Below, in pieces: positions 1 through 10,089 of a DNA stretch of 64,000 nucleotides (the stretch's first letter is position 1; the number at the start of each line of letters is the position of its first letter). The position numbers were made by a program, and so were the translations under genes. The notes under the pieces are model-generated. The model was given only the letters and a program-made list of their open reading frames with translations, was not told where the DNA came from and did no database searches. This DNA comes from Myxococcota bacterium (GTDB lineage: Bacteria > Myxococcota_A > UBA9160 > SZUA-336), in the NCBI GenBank assembly GCA_965247115.1, contig CBDFGR010000003.1, positions 2,240,001-2,304,000 of the forward strand. Direction: 5' to 3'.

Positions 1-1
1 C

Positions 2-790
2 TCCATCAACATTCAGTTCTTTCGCCCGGATGGAGCCGAAGCGCCGCCATGTGTCTACTACATCCACGGCGGCGGTATGCAGGTATTGTCCTGCTACGAC
101 GGCAACTACCGAGCGTGGGGCAGGATCATCGCGCAGCAGGGCGTGGCTGTCGCGATGGTCGACTTCCGCAATGCATTGACGCCGTCGTCCGCGCCAGAAG
201 TTGCGCCCTTTCCGGCGGGTCTCGACGATTGCGTGTCCGGCCTGAAGTGGGTTGCCAACAGCGGCGACGCGCTGGAAATCGATACGAGCCGGATCATCGT
301 TGCCGGTGAAAGCGGTGGCGGGAATCTCACTCTCGCTACCGGGTTGCGTCTTCTCAGAGAGGGAAGCACTAACCTGATTCAGGGCCTCTACTCCCTGTGC
401 CCGTACATCGCCGGCATCTGGCCCCTCGAGGAAAACCCGTCGTCCATCGAAAACAACGGCATCTTGCTGGACCTGCACAACAACCGGGGCGCGATGGGCT
501 ATGGAATCGAGGAGCTCGAGCGCAGGAACCCGCTCGCGTGGCCGGGCTTTGCAACCATCGATGACGTCAGGGGGCTACCGCCGACCGTGATCAGCGTGAA
601 CGAGTGTGATCCACTCCGCGATGAGGGCATCAACTTCTACCGGCGGCTTCTCGACGCAGGTGTCCCGGCGACCTGCCGCCAGGTCATGGGCACGATCCAC
701 GGCACGGAGGTGTTTCCCGTGGCGTGTCCGGACATCAGCCGAGAAACCGCTCGGAGCATCGCGGATTTCTGCCGAGGAGCGACCCGCTAG
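2..790 (+). CDS. Alpha/beta hydrolase, HSL-family esterase/lipase (5'-truncated)
   Basis: Frame is open from the window edge. Contains YIHGGG oxyanion motif upstream of ORF 77, GESGG nucleophile elbow, DPLRDEG and a catalytic His. Confidence 0.9.
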   Translation, partial: SINIQFFRPDGAEAPPCVYYIHGGGMQVLSCYDGNYRAWGRIIAQQGVAVAMVDFRNALTPSSAPEVAPFPAGLDDCVSGLKWVANSGDALEIDTSRIIVAGESGGGNLTLATGLRLLREGSTNLIQGLYSLCPYIAGIWPLEENPSSIENNGILLDLHNNRGAMGYGIEELERRNPLAWPGFATIDDVRGLPPTVISVNECDPLRDEGINFYRRLLDAGVPATCRQVMGTIHGTEVFPVACPDISRETARSIADFCRGATR

Positions 791-837
791 ACGGGGCGTC
801 GTCAGAGCAGACCTCGCCATGTGCTCGCCGGGTCTGC

Positions 838-1251
838 TTACCTCGGATCGAGTCGGATCGGGAGCGACCCCTCTCGATCCGTGTCCCCCATGGTCAGAGC
901 GATGAAGCGATCGGCGAGGCCGTACTTGTCTCGCATTAGCGCGTTCACTCGCTCCCTCGCCGCGTGGTCCCGCTGCGGCACTGCGAGGAAGGGAGCCTGG
1001 TGATCGGCCCGTTCCGCGCGGACCTCGGGGTTGTCGAGCAGGCGTTGAACCCAGCCCGAGTCCGGGCCCCCACGCACCCAGAGTGCGCCCGCTTCCTCTA
1101 CGACCCAGATGCGCGTTTGGTGGGGCTCGCCCGCGGCATCGAGCGTCTCGAGCACAAGGACCTCGCCAGACTCGGATGCCAGGAGCTGGGCGACGCCCAG
1201 GAGCAGGAACAGTCCGGCCACGGCGCCGATTGCAATGGCGATCTTCTTCAC
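838..1251 (-). CDS. Membrane-anchored split-barrel flavin/deazaflavin-binding protein (DUF385/DUF2255-like)
   Basis: N-terminal hydrophobic helix; T-x-IWVV, WVQRLLDNPEV and MRDKYG motifs resemble this family. Confidence 0.5.
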   Translation of the reverse strand: MKKIAIAIGAVAGLFLLLGVAQLLASESGEVLVLETLDAAGEPHQTRIWVVEEAGALWVRGGPDSGWVQRLLDNPEVRAERADHQAPFLAVPQRDHAARERVNALMRDKYGLADRFIALTMGDTDREGSLPIRLDPR

Positions 1252-1259
1252 GGGGACGC

Positions 1260-2453
1260 TCAGATCACTTTTTGGTCCCGCAGCGTCCCGATCGCAGCGG
1301 CGTCCAGGCCGAGCTCGTGCTCCAGAACCTCGGCCGTGTGCTCGCCCAGCAGGGGCGCGCGCCGGTAGACGATCTCGGAGTCGGACAGGTGGATCGGGCA
1401 GCCAAGGTTCGTCATGGGACCGCGCTCGGGGTGGTCGAACTCCACGTACATGCCGCGCGCGCGCAGCTGCTCGTTGTCGAACAGATCCTCGCTGTCGAGA
1501 ATGGGTCCGACCGGCACACCGGCCTTCCCGAGGATCTCGAAGACCTCGAGCTTGGTGCGCTGCTTGGTCCAGTCCTCGATGATGCGCCGCAGCTCGCCGC
1601 CGTCGTCAGGGCCGCGAAGCCCGAAGCGCGCGTAGCGCTCGTCCTCGAGCAGATCCGCCCGGTCGATCGCGCGGGCAAGCCCCTCGAACATGCGGGGGGT
1701 GATGGGCGCCAGGTAGACGTAGTCGTTCGGCCCGCCTGGCGCGCAGGCGAACACGCCCATCGGCGCGCCCTGGGCGTCGCCCGTGCGCGGCAGTGGGCCG
1801 CGCTCGGGGTTGCGCCCTGTCATGGGCACGCGCACGTAGTTCGTGACCGCCTCCTGCATCGATACATCGACGAAGACGCCCTTGCCGGTGCGGCGGGCCT
1901 GCCAGAGCGCCGAGAGCATGCCGAACGCCGCATGGATCCCGGTGCCGGTGTCCCCCATGGTCGGCCCCGGCTTTAGCGGCAACGTGTCGGACGTGCCGGT
2001 GATCGCCATGGCACCGCCGGTGGCCTGCGCGATCATGTCAAAGCTCTTCATCTGTGCCCACGGTCCCGTGCTGCCAAAGCCCTTGACGCTGCAGAACACG
2101 ATGTCGGGCTTGTGCTGCTCGAGCACGTCAAAGCCGAGGTCGAAGCGCTCCATGGTGCCGAGCGTGAAGTTCTCGACGACCACGTCGAAGCCCGGCAACA
2201 GGCGGAGAAAGAGCTCGCGCCCCCTCTCGCTCTTCAGATCGAGGGTGATCGAGCGCTTGTTGTTGTTGAGCGCGATGAAGTAGTTGGAGTCGGCCTTGCT
2301 GCTGCTGAGCAGGGAGCGGCCCGGGTCGCCGCCGGTCGGCGACTCCACCTTGACGACGTCGGCTCCGAACCAGCCGAGCGCCTGGGTGGAGCTCGTTCCA
2401 GCTTCGTACTGGGTCAGATCCAGAATGCGAACGTCGGAGAGTGCCCTTTCCAC
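1260..2453 (-). CDS. Family III CoA-transferase (CaiB/BaiF, formyl-CoA transferase-like)
   Basis: ILDLTQYEAG, GADVVKVE, NKRSITLDLK, VVVENF, catalytic GDTGTG and C-terminal APLLGEHT. Confidence 0.92.
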   Translation of the reverse strand: MERALSDVRILDLTQYEAGTSSTQALGWFGADVVKVESPTGGDPGRSLLSSSKADSNYFIALNNNKRSITLDLKSERGRELFLRLLPGFDVVVENFTLGTMERFDLGFDVLEQHKPDIVFCSVKGFGSTGPWAQMKSFDMIAQATGGAMAITGTSDTLPLKPGPTMGDTGTGIHAAFGMLSALWQARRTGKGVFVDVSMQEAVTNYVRVPMTGRNPERGPLPRTGDAQGAPMGVFACAPGGPNDYVYLAPITPRMFEGLARAIDRADLLEDERYARFGLRGPDDGGELRRIIEDWTKQRTKLEVFEILGKAGVPVGPILDSEDLFDNEQLRARGMYVEFDHPERGPMTNLGCPIHLSDSEIVYRRAPLLGEHTAEVLEHELGLDAAAIGTLRDQKVI

Positions 2454-2478
2454 AGGTTCCTCCTGTCGTGAGCCGACC

Positions 2479-4110
2479 TCAGACGGCTCGATACGCCGCG
2501 AACGACTGTGTCGACGAACGCGCCTTGGGATCGGTGATCACGTTCACGACGGCGGGCCGGCCCGAGGCCGCGGCGCGCTCCAGCGCGGGCCGGACGTCGG
2601 CCGGCTTCTCGACGAACTCGCCGTAGGCGCCGAACACCTCCGCCATCTGGTCGTAGCGCGAGAAGCCGAGCTCGCGGCCCGTCATGCCGCCTTCGGCCGC
2701 CCAGCCGCCGTTGTTGCTGATGACGATGAGCGCGGGGATGTCGTGCCGCACCATGGTGTCGATCTCGAGTCCGTTCATGCCGAACGATCCGTCGCCGCTG
2801 AGCACGATCACCTGGGTATCGGGCTTGGCCACCTTTGCGCCGAGTCCGAACGGCACCGCGACACCCATGCAGCCGTTCGGGCCGGCGTTCAGGCGGTGGC
2901 CCGGCGCATGGGTCGGCACCGACTGGCGAGCGAAGTTCAGGATCTCGTGGCCGTCAACCACGACGATCGCGTCGCGGTCCATGAACTCCCGCACCTCGTT
3001 GCACAGTCGCAGTGGGTGCATGGGCGTCTCGTCGGAGTGGAGCAGCTTCTCGGCCTTCTGGCGCGACTCCTGGTCGTAGCCGCGCAGCGTCTCGACCCAG
3101 GCGCTCGCAGCGCCGACGCCGAGCGCGTCACCACCCGCCTCGCAGAGCTGTCGCAGAACCGTCTTGGCGTCGCCCACGATTCCGACGTCGACCGAGCGAT
3201 TGCGGCCAATCTCCTCATCGGAGATGTCGATCTGGATCATCTTCGCGTCCTCGGCAAAGCGTGGGGCCATGCCGAAGCCGATGACGAAGTTCATGCGGGT
3301 GCCGACGATCAGGACGACGTCAGCTTCCTTCCACGCCCGGCCGCGCGCGCCGAGGAAGCACAGCGCGTGGTCTTCGGGGATCACGCCCCGGCCCTGGGGA
3401 GTTGTGTAGAACGGAATGCCGGCGAGCTCCACGAACTCCCGAAGCTCGTCCATGGCGTCGGACCAGAGCACGCCGCTCCCGGTCACCACGATCGGTCGCT
3501 CGGCCGCGGCCAGCAGCGCGATCGCGCGCCTGACCTCCGCGGGATCCGCGGCCAGCCGGGGCACCCGGTGGGGCGAGCGCGGGAACAGGACCTCCTCCGC
3601 TTCCACACGGCGGTAGAGCACGTCGCCGGGAAGGTCGAGATAGACCGGGCCGGGCTGACCGCTCGTGGCGACTCGGAACGCCTTGTTGACGTACTCCGGG
3701 ATGCGCCGCGCGTCCTTGACGCGCTCGGCCCACTTGGTGATGGGCCGGAACATGCCCACCTGATCCATCTCCTGGAACGCGCCCATACCGTCCTGGGAGA
3801 TCGCGCTCGCGCCCCCGAGCGTGACCACCGGTACGGCGTCGAGAAACGCGTTCCCGACCCCGGTGATCAGATTGGTGGTGCCCGGGCCGGACGCGGCAAA
3901 GCACACGCCGGGCCTGCCGCTGACCCGGCTGTAGGCGTGGGCGGCCATCGACGCGGCCTGCTCGTGCCGCGTGTCGACGCAGTGAATGCCGGCGGCGAGC
4001 GCCTCGCCGGCGACGTCGACGATCGGGCCGCCCGTCAGGTAGAAGGCGGTGTCGACGCCCTCGTCCGAGAGTGCCTGCACCACGAGCTGGTTTCCGCTGA
4101 TCTTGCCCAT
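2479..4110 (-). CDS. Thiamine-diphosphate enzyme, oxalyl-CoA decarboxylase/2-hydroxyacyl-CoA lyase-like
   Basis: RHEQAA, SGPGTTN, GAFQEMDQ, GPVYLDLPGD and the GDGSFG...NN TPP-binding motif. Confidence 0.88.
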   Translation of the reverse strand: MGKISGNQLVVQALSDEGVDTAFYLTGGPIVDVAGEALAAGIHCVDTRHEQAASMAAHAYSRVSGRPGVCFAASGPGTTNLITGVGNAFLDAVPVVTLGGASAISQDGMGAFQEMDQVGMFRPITKWAERVKDARRIPEYVNKAFRVATSGQPGPVYLDLPGDVLYRRVEAEEVLFPRSPHRVPRLAADPAEVRRAIALLAAAERPIVVTGSGVLWSDAMDELREFVELAGIPFYTTPQGRGVIPEDHALCFLGARGRAWKEADVVLIVGTRMNFVIGFGMAPRFAEDAKMIQIDISDEEIGRNRSVDVGIVGDAKTVLRQLCEAGGDALGVGAASAWVETLRGYDQESRQKAEKLLHSDETPMHPLRLCNEVREFMDRDAIVVVDGHEILNFARQSVPTHAPGHRLNAGPNGCMGVAVPFGLGAKVAKPDTQVIVLSGDGSFGMNGLEIDTMVRHDIPALIVISNNGGWAAEGGMTGRELGFSRYDQMAEVFGAYGEFVEKPADVRPALERAAASGRPAVVNVITDPKARSSTQSFAAYRAV

Positions 4111-4135
4111 CCCGTGGCCTCCTGGTTCGAGCGTG

Positions 4136-5848
4136 TTACGCGTGGCCGTGACGCAACAGGCGTCCCGGCGTGGCCTCCGTGCACTCGCCGTCGACGAAGG
4201 TCGGCTCCCCGTTCACGAAGATCCAGCGATACCCCTGGGGCTTCTTGACGCGGCGCCACTCGCCCGCGGGGAAGTCGCGGACCACCTCAGGCGGCGAGCT
4301 GTGGAGCTGCTCCAGGTCGTAGACGATCACGTCCGCCGGGCGGCCCTCGGCCAAGAGGCCCCGATCTTCGAACCCGGCCATCTGGGCTGGCAGGGCGGAG
4401 AGCCGGTAGTGGGCCTCTTCGAGGCTGAGAAGGTCCTGATCCCGGCAGAGATCTGCCAGGAAGTCGGTGGTGTAGGCGCCGAGCGTCAGGAACTTCGTGT
4501 GGGCCCCACCGTCCGACACGCCAGGCACGGTGTACTCGGAGTCGAAGAGCTCGCGGGTCATGGCCGGATCGGTGTTGAACGGGGGAGTGAAGATCGTCGT
4601 CTGCAGCTTCTCGCTCGTGACGAGGTCGAGCAGCGCCTCGATCGGGTGCTTTCCGGTCATCTCGCCCAGCTCCGCGATCTTTTTGCCCCGGAACTTCTCG
4701 TTCTCTGGTCGCTGGGTCTCGAGGATCACGAACTCGCGGATCGGACCGGTGGTGATTGGCATGCGGCCGTGGTCGTAGTCGTGCCGGAGGGCGGCGCGCA
4801 CCTCGGGGTCGCGCATCTTCGCGAGCCGCTCGTCGACCGTTCCGAGCGTCGCTTCGCGCCACGCGTCCACGCCGTCGAGAAGGTTGAAGTCCTCGAACGT
4901 GTAGGTGAGATCGTTGCCCGCGGTCAGCGTCTGGCCGTACACACGCTTGCCGTTGGCCTGGCACTCCTCGATCCACTTCAACAGACGTCGGTGCTGATTC
5001 GGGTGATAGTTGTTGACGATGACGGCGTTGAACAGGATGGGGACGCCCGAGGCTTCTGCGAGCTTCCCGACGAACGCCAGGTCCTCGTCGATGTCCTCTT
5101 TCGCCTGCGTGATCTGGATGTGGCCGCGTCCCTTGCGGCGCAACACCTCGGCGAAAGCGAGGCACTCCTCGTCGCCCATGATGTCGGTGACCATCGGCGT
5201 GCCGTCGTAGTCGCGCTGGACGGAGGTGAAGCTGTCGCCGAGCCGCTGCACGGACCAGCCGCAGCCGCCAGCGTCGAGCGCCAGCTCGAGCAGCCGGCAC
5301 ATCTCGGCGATCTCCGCCTGCGTCGGCCTGCGGCTCTTGGCAGCCTCGAGGCCCATCACCCAGACCATGAGCGGGCCGATGGGAACGTACGAGAGCACGT
5401 TCACGCCCTTGGGAATGCGCTCCAGCGTGTCCAGCCACTCAGGAAACGTGACCCAGTCCCAGAGCATTCCCGTCTTCATCGAGTCGAACGGGATCGCCTC
5501 GACGCGCGACATGGTCAGCATGGCGCGGTCGCGCTCCTCCGGTCGCACGGGCGCGAAGCCGAAGCCGCAGTTCCCCAGCACGAGCGACGTCACGCCGTGC
5601 CACCCGGACAGGGTCGCGTACGGATCCCACTGGATCTGGGCGTCGTAATGGGTGTGTAAGTCCACGAAGCCGGGCGCCACCACCAGTCCGGTGGCGTCTA
5701 CGACGCGGGCGGCTTCGGCGGCGGGCAGCGAGCCGGCCGAGATCGCGGCGATATTCCCGTCGCGGATCCCCACACTCCCGCGAAAGCGGGCCTGGCGCGT
5801 CCCGTTAATGATGGTGCCGTTCTGAATGATGGTGTCGAACTGTGGCAT
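4136..5848 (-). CDS. Amidohydrolase, N-acyl-D-amino-acid deacylase family
   Basis: PGFVDLHTHYD, GVTSLVLGNCG, SDGGAH, DRGLLAEGRPAD. Confidence 0.88.
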   Translation of the reverse strand: MPQFDTIIQNGTIINGTRQARFRGSVGIRDGNIAAISAGSLPAAEAARVVDATGLVVAPGFVDLHTHYDAQIQWDPYATLSGWHGVTSLVLGNCGFGFAPVRPEERDRAMLTMSRVEAIPFDSMKTGMLWDWVTFPEWLDTLERIPKGVNVLSYVPIGPLMVWVMGLEAAKSRRPTQAEIAEMCRLLELALDAGGCGWSVQRLGDSFTSVQRDYDGTPMVTDIMGDEECLAFAEVLRRKGRGHIQITQAKEDIDEDLAFVGKLAEASGVPILFNAVIVNNYHPNQHRRLLKWIEECQANGKRVYGQTLTAGNDLTYTFEDFNLLDGVDAWREATLGTVDERLAKMRDPEVRAALRHDYDHGRMPITTGPIREFVILETQRPENEKFRGKKIAELGEMTGKHPIEALLDLVTSEKLQTTIFTPPFNTDPAMTRELFDSEYTVPGVSDGGAHTKFLTLGAYTTDFLADLCRDQDLLSLEEAHYRLSALPAQMAGFEDRGLLAEGRPADVIVYDLEQLHSSPPEVVRDFPAGEWRRVKKPQGYRWIFVNGEPTFVDGECTEATPGRLLRHGHA

Positions 5849-5981
5849 GGGAGTTCCCCCTGTTCCGCTGTGCCTGTCCGACGCGGCCCACGCGGCGGAT
5901 GACGAACAGCGCGTGATTCCTCTGGAAGTCTGACCGCTGCGGCGTCACACTGTCAACTGGGGCAGTCGGAAAGGGAGGCCC

Positions 5982-7166
5982 ATGGACGAGTACACGATCA
6001 TCGATGTCGACACCCACGTCACCGAGACGCCAGAGGTCTGGACGAGTCGAGTTCCGGAGCGCTTCAGGAATCGCGTGCCGTACGTGGACGTCGACAAGCG
6101 CGGACGTCAGTGCTGGTACCTCGAGGGAACGCGTATCGCCCTGGTCGGGATCACGGCGACGGCTGGTGTCGGCGACATGATATCGCGGCCCAAGACGTAC
6201 GAAGACATGCACCCGGGTGCGTACGACGCCGCCGAGCGCATCAAGTACATGGATCAGATGGGTATCTGGGCCATGGTCATGTATCCGAACGTGGCGGGGT
6301 TCGGAAACCAGCAGTTCCTGCGGCTCAAGGATCCGGAGCTGATGCTGGCGTGTGTCGAGGCGTACAACGACTGGCAGACCGACTGGGCTTCGGTCGATCC
6401 GCGGCGCTTGCTACCCGTGACCTCGACCCCGTTTTGGGACGTCGACGCCGCTGTCATCGAGGTGAAGCGCTGCGCCGAGAAGGGTCACCGGGGCATTCTG
6501 TTCACCGGCCAGCCGCAGTCGTTCGGGGAGCCCTTCCTCGGAGATCCGCACTGGGATCCCCTCTGGGAGGTCGCGGTGGACCTGGACCTGCCCGTGAGCT
6601 TTCACATCGGCTCGGGGAACATGGAAGATGCTCTGGGCGGCGGGCGGGCGAAGGTCTACGGCCGGATGGCGGCCTTCACGGTCGACTCCGTGGACATCTT
6701 CCTGCGCAATGGAAACCACGTGGCTGACCTGCTCATGTCGGGTGTTCTCGCGCGCTATCCCGACATCAAGTTCGTCTCGGTGGAGTCGGGCGTCGGCTGG
6801 ATTCCCTTCATGCTCGAGGCGATCGACTACCAGTTCCAGGGCAACCGCGTCGCCGAGAGCCGGCCCGACTTCGAGATGCTCCCGTCGGAGTACTTCCGCC
6901 GCAACGTCTACGCGTGCTACTGGTTCGAGGAGACCGCCCCCCGCAGGCTGCTCGACAAGGTCGGCGTCGACAACATCATTTTCGAGACGGACTTCCCGCA
7001 TCCAACCAGCCTCTACGGCGACGAGGTGCACGCGCGGATCGCCGCCGGGCTCTCTGACTGTGAGCCGGAGGTGCGCCACAAGATCCTGTGGGCGAACGGC
7101 GAGAGGCTCTACAAGGTCGAGCCCCCCACGGCAGCAGATCTGGAGAAGCTCGCAGCTTCGGCGTAG
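5982..7166 (+). CDS. Amidohydrolase_2 family metallo-hydrolase/decarboxylase
   Basis: IIDVDTH, PVSFHIG, VESGVGWIP, FETDFPH. Confidence 0.88.
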   Translation: MDEYTIIDVDTHVTETPEVWTSRVPERFRNRVPYVDVDKRGRQCWYLEGTRIALVGITATAGVGDMISRPKTYEDMHPGAYDAAERIKYMDQMGIWAMVMYPNVAGFGNQQFLRLKDPELMLACVEAYNDWQTDWASVDPRRLLPVTSTPFWDVDAAVIEVKRCAEKGHRGILFTGQPQSFGEPFLGDPHWDPLWEVAVDLDLPVSFHIGSGNMEDALGGGRAKVYGRMAAFTVDSVDIFLRNGNHVADLLMSGVLARYPDIKFVSVESGVGWIPFMLEAIDYQFQGNRVAESRPDFEMLPSEYFRRNVYACYWFEETAPRRLLDKVGVDNIIFETDFPHPTSLYGDEVHARIAAGLSDCEPEVRHKILWANGERLYKVEPPTAADLEKLAASA

Positions 7167-7184
7167 AGCGGAGGGGTCCCGCAA

Positions 7185-7277
7185 TGCAAGCGCCGCGGAA
7201 GCGGCGCGCGCAGCGAAGGCCCTTGGCCTGAGCGGAGGCGGGTGGCGCGCGACCGCTCGCGCGCCGGGTCCCGCAAG
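7185..7277 (+). repeat. Repeat family A copy (about 93 bp multi-hairpin REP-like element)
   Basis: TGCAAGCGCCGC...GGGTCCCGCAAG; near-identical to the copy at 14578; lies between convergent genes. Confidence 0.9.
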
Positions 7278-7295
7278 TCAGGTCCGGCGCTCAGC

Positions 7296-7700
7296 TCACC
7301 CAAGCAGCCCGAACGCAAGCCCCATCAGCGTGAAGCGGACCACGTGGTAGCCGCCGTTGATGAGGAAGAGCCGGAGCGAGCTGCGCTCGAACAGGTAGTT
7401 CGTGCCGATCGAGAAGGCGACCCAGAAGAGGCCAGCGCTGAAGCCAAAGCCCATGGCGAAGAGCGCAGAGTGCTGGCCGAGCAGCGCGAGGAAGATCCCG
7501 AAGACGAACGCCGAGAGGGCCGCCAGCAGCGCGCTCGTCCCATACGTTTTCACGGGGTCGAAGTCCCGCGAGAGATCCTCCTCCGTAAAGTCGTGCTCGG
7601 CCATCCAGGACTTGCCGAGCAGCGGCCCGTACCAGAGGGCGCCGAGGGCGAACGCAAGCACGGTGGCGACGAGTGTGGCAAGCCAGGAGATTTCGGGCAT
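7296..7700 (-). CDS. DUF1761-family membrane protein
   Basis: LGALWYGPLLGKSWM, four hydrophobic helices, NYLFE...LFLINGGY. Confidence 0.8.
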   Translation of the reverse strand: MPEISWLATLVATVLAFALGALWYGPLLGKSWMAEHDFTEEDLSRDFDPVKTYGTSALLAALSAFVFGIFLALLGQHSALFAMGFGFSAGLFWVAFSIGTNYLFERSSLRLFLINGGYHVVRFTLMGLAFGLLG

Positions 7701-7837
7701 GGGTGAGCCTCCGCTGGAGCCGTGCCATCATGCGCGCTGGCTCGCAGCGAGATCAAGGAGGATCTCCGCTACCCGGCTAGCTGCTCCCTCTCCGGCTTCA
7801 GATCGGGGTCGTCGCCGCCGAACCAGTACGTCACTGG

Positions 7838-8749
7838 ATGGTCGGACTCCGCTCAGCGTGTCTTGCGCTCCTGCTGCTGGCGTACCCTGCTGCGCACGCG
7901 TGGTCGGCGGAGCCCGGGCTCAATCCCGCGTTCGCCGCGCGCGTGGCGAGGGCCCAGCAGGCAGAAGAGCAGGCGCGTCACGCGCTCGAGCGGGCACTCT
8001 CGATCCAGGCCCGCGCTGAGAGCGCCCAGAACGTTCGCGCGCTCCAGGTCGCGCGCCTCGCGATCCGTCGTGCGCAGGACGCGCTCGCCCAGGCGAGGGC
8101 CGTAAGGGCGGAGCGTGAGCGGCACCTGAAGGCAGCCCGCCGCGCTGCAGAGTCCCTGCCGGCGAATGCAGCGTCGAATCCGTTGAACGGGGCAGTGTTT
8201 GGACTCCCCACCAACGTGACGGGGGACGTGCGGATCAAGACCAAGCACGGCTGGAAGCCACTGAACGCCTCTACTCGATTCGGGCCCGGTGATGTCGTCG
8301 AGACGGGGGAGGACAGTCACGTGGAGTTCGTCACGCCGGATGGCTTCATCGTGCACATGGGCCCCAAGAGCTCTCTCCAGGCATCGGTGCCGCCCAGGCG
8401 ATCCCGCTGGGAGCGATTCAAGGGGCGGGTGCGCTTCACCGTGATGTGCGTGAAGAAGAAGGGGCTCGCGCGCGAGCTGACAGCTGGACGCCACCGGCCC
8501 ACCTGCATGCGACCGGCGGTCCTGCGTCTGTCCAGGGCGACGGCCGCGGTTCGGGGAACCGAGTTCGAGGTCGAGTCGATCGACGAGCGGGCTATACGCA
8601 TCCGCGTGACCGAGGGAACGGTCGAGCTCACGCTCGACGGTCATGAGGCGCCGATCGATGTACCGGCCGGGCACGAGGCCATCCTGCGCGACGACCACGT
8701 CGAGGGTCCGCAGCCCTTCGAGCAGGCCCAGGAAAGAGGGTCTGTTTGA
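7838..8749 (+). CDS. Secreted FecR-domain protein
   Basis: Signal peptide, Ala/Arg coiled coil, GDVVETG, AAVRGTEF and VTEGTVEL FecR motifs. Confidence 0.8.
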   Translation: MVGLRSACLALLLLAYPAAHAWSAEPGLNPAFAARVARAQQAEEQARHALERALSIQARAESAQNVRALQVARLAIRRAQDALAQARAVRAERERHLKAARRAAESLPANAASNPLNGAVFGLPTNVTGDVRIKTKHGWKPLNASTRFGPGDVVETGEDSHVEFVTPDGFIVHMGPKSSLQASVPPRRSRWERFKGRVRFTVMCVKKKGLARELTAGRHRPTCMRPAVLRLSRATAAVRGTEFEVESIDERAIRIRVTEGTVELTLDGHEAPIDVPAGHEAILRDDHVEGPQPFEQAQERGSV

Positions 8750-10089
8750 CCCGACTGCGCAGGTCCGGCCCCGTCGGCCTGTGTGTGCTGGCGCTCGCGC
8801 TGGCCAGTCCGGCCACGGCCGATCCCCCCGATCCGCGATACGACCCCGACGGCTACGCCGAATGGTGCGGTAGGCAAAACAACGGGACCGTCTACAACGA
8901 TGCGAACGGGTATGGCTGCACGCCCGGCTCCGGCTCGTCGTTCACACCGACGTACGGGGGCGACCCGTACCAGGCCATGATGAACGCGGTCTTCCAGCCG
9001 ATCGGGAACGCGCTCGCGCAGCACATGCAATGCGCACTGGACCCGAACTGTGGCGTCGATCACGAGGCGGCCCAGCGTGCGGCGCAGCAGCGCCAGGCGG
9101 TCCGCGAGCACAGCGAGGGGATGGCGCGTGCGCGACAGGAGAAGATCCGCGCGAGACGCGAGAACGAAGCCGAGAAACGCCGCCAGCTGGGGCTGGCGAG
9201 GCAACGCATTCTGGGCGAGATGGGGAACCTGCCGGGCGAGTTCGGCGCCGGGAGTGGACTGCCAGAGCTTCGCGTGGAGCCAAAACAGGGGGCGTTTGGT
9301 GACGAGATCCTCACGTCTCCCGACCTGATGAAGCTGGCCCGCGCCGACGCGCGGGGGCGCGCGACTCCGACGACGGAAGCGGGGCGAGCACGCTGTGCCG
9401 CTCACCTGCTCGTGCAGGCGAACCGCTCGGCGGCCGCCGCGTCCGCGTCCGGCGAGTCCGAGCTTATCTCGGGCCGCCTTGAAGAGGCCCGCTACTTGAG
9501 CGAGCAGGCTGGGCTTCTGATGGGTGGCGGAGCCAGCGGAGCGTCAGGGGTGGACTGTCCCGCGAAGATCGCCGAGGTGCCAGACGTGATGGGCGCTCCG
9601 ATAGAGGAGAGCGCCATTCGGGCCAAGCAGGCCGAGCGCCTCCTGCAGAATACGCGCGCCTACACACAGCTGTTTACGCGAGCGAGGGAGCAGGTTGATG
9701 ACTACCACGCGGCGCGGTCCCAATTGACCGAGGCCGAGACCGCGATCGATCAGGCGAAGCAGCGCGCCGACGAGGCGAAGCTCGAGGTCGAGCGCTTGAA
9801 GCAGGAGCCGGCGCCTCCAGCCAATCTCACTGACGAGCCCGCGCCGGCAGAGCTCGACGCAGCAGACGACGCGCTGCTGGCTGAGGCTCTCGCCGCACTC
9901 GAGGAGAGCGAGAAGGCACTCGGGGACGCGGAGCTCCTGCGAGACGAGCAGCAGAAGAACATCCGCGAGCTCGAGGAGGGCATCGGAGCCACCGGCGAGA
10001 TGATCCAGGATCTGCAGGAGAACCCGGACCACGCCGAAGGTGTGCTGGCGAAGCTCGAGGAGCCAGGCGCAGCGAAGGAGAGCCCATGA
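8746..10089 (+). CDS. Secreted hypothetical protein, Cys-containing N-terminus and acidic coiled-coil C-terminus
   Basis: Signal peptide; 4-nt overlaps with both neighbours; typical codon usage. Confidence 0.7.
   Translation: MTRLRRSGPVGLCVLALALASPATADPPDPRYDPDGYAEWCGRQNNGTVYNDANGYGCTPGSGSSFTPTYGGDPYQAMMNAVFQPIGNALAQHMQCALDPNCGVDHEAAQRAAQQRQAVREHSEGMARARQEKIRARRENEAEKRRQLGLARQRILGEMGNLPGEFGAGSGLPELRVEPKQGAFGDEILTSPDLMKLARADARGRATPTTEAGRARCAAHLLVQANRSAAAASASGESELISGRLEEARYLSEQAGLLMGGGASGASGVDCPAKIAEVPDVMGAPIEESAIRAKQAERLLQNTRAYTQLFTRAREQVDDYHAARSQLTEAETAIDQAKQRADEAKLEVERLKQEPAPPANLTDEPAPAELDAADDALLAEALAALEESEKALGDAELLRDEQQKNIRELEEGIGATGEMIQDLQENPDHAEGVLAKLEEPGAAKESP

Noticed and set aside
2284..5659. 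Long + strand ORFs (654 aa, 536 aa) and similar ones at 24093-26063, 32006-33322 and 34700-36424
   Set aside because: Antisense shadows of well-supported genes, as expected in high-GC DNA; no recognisable motifs.
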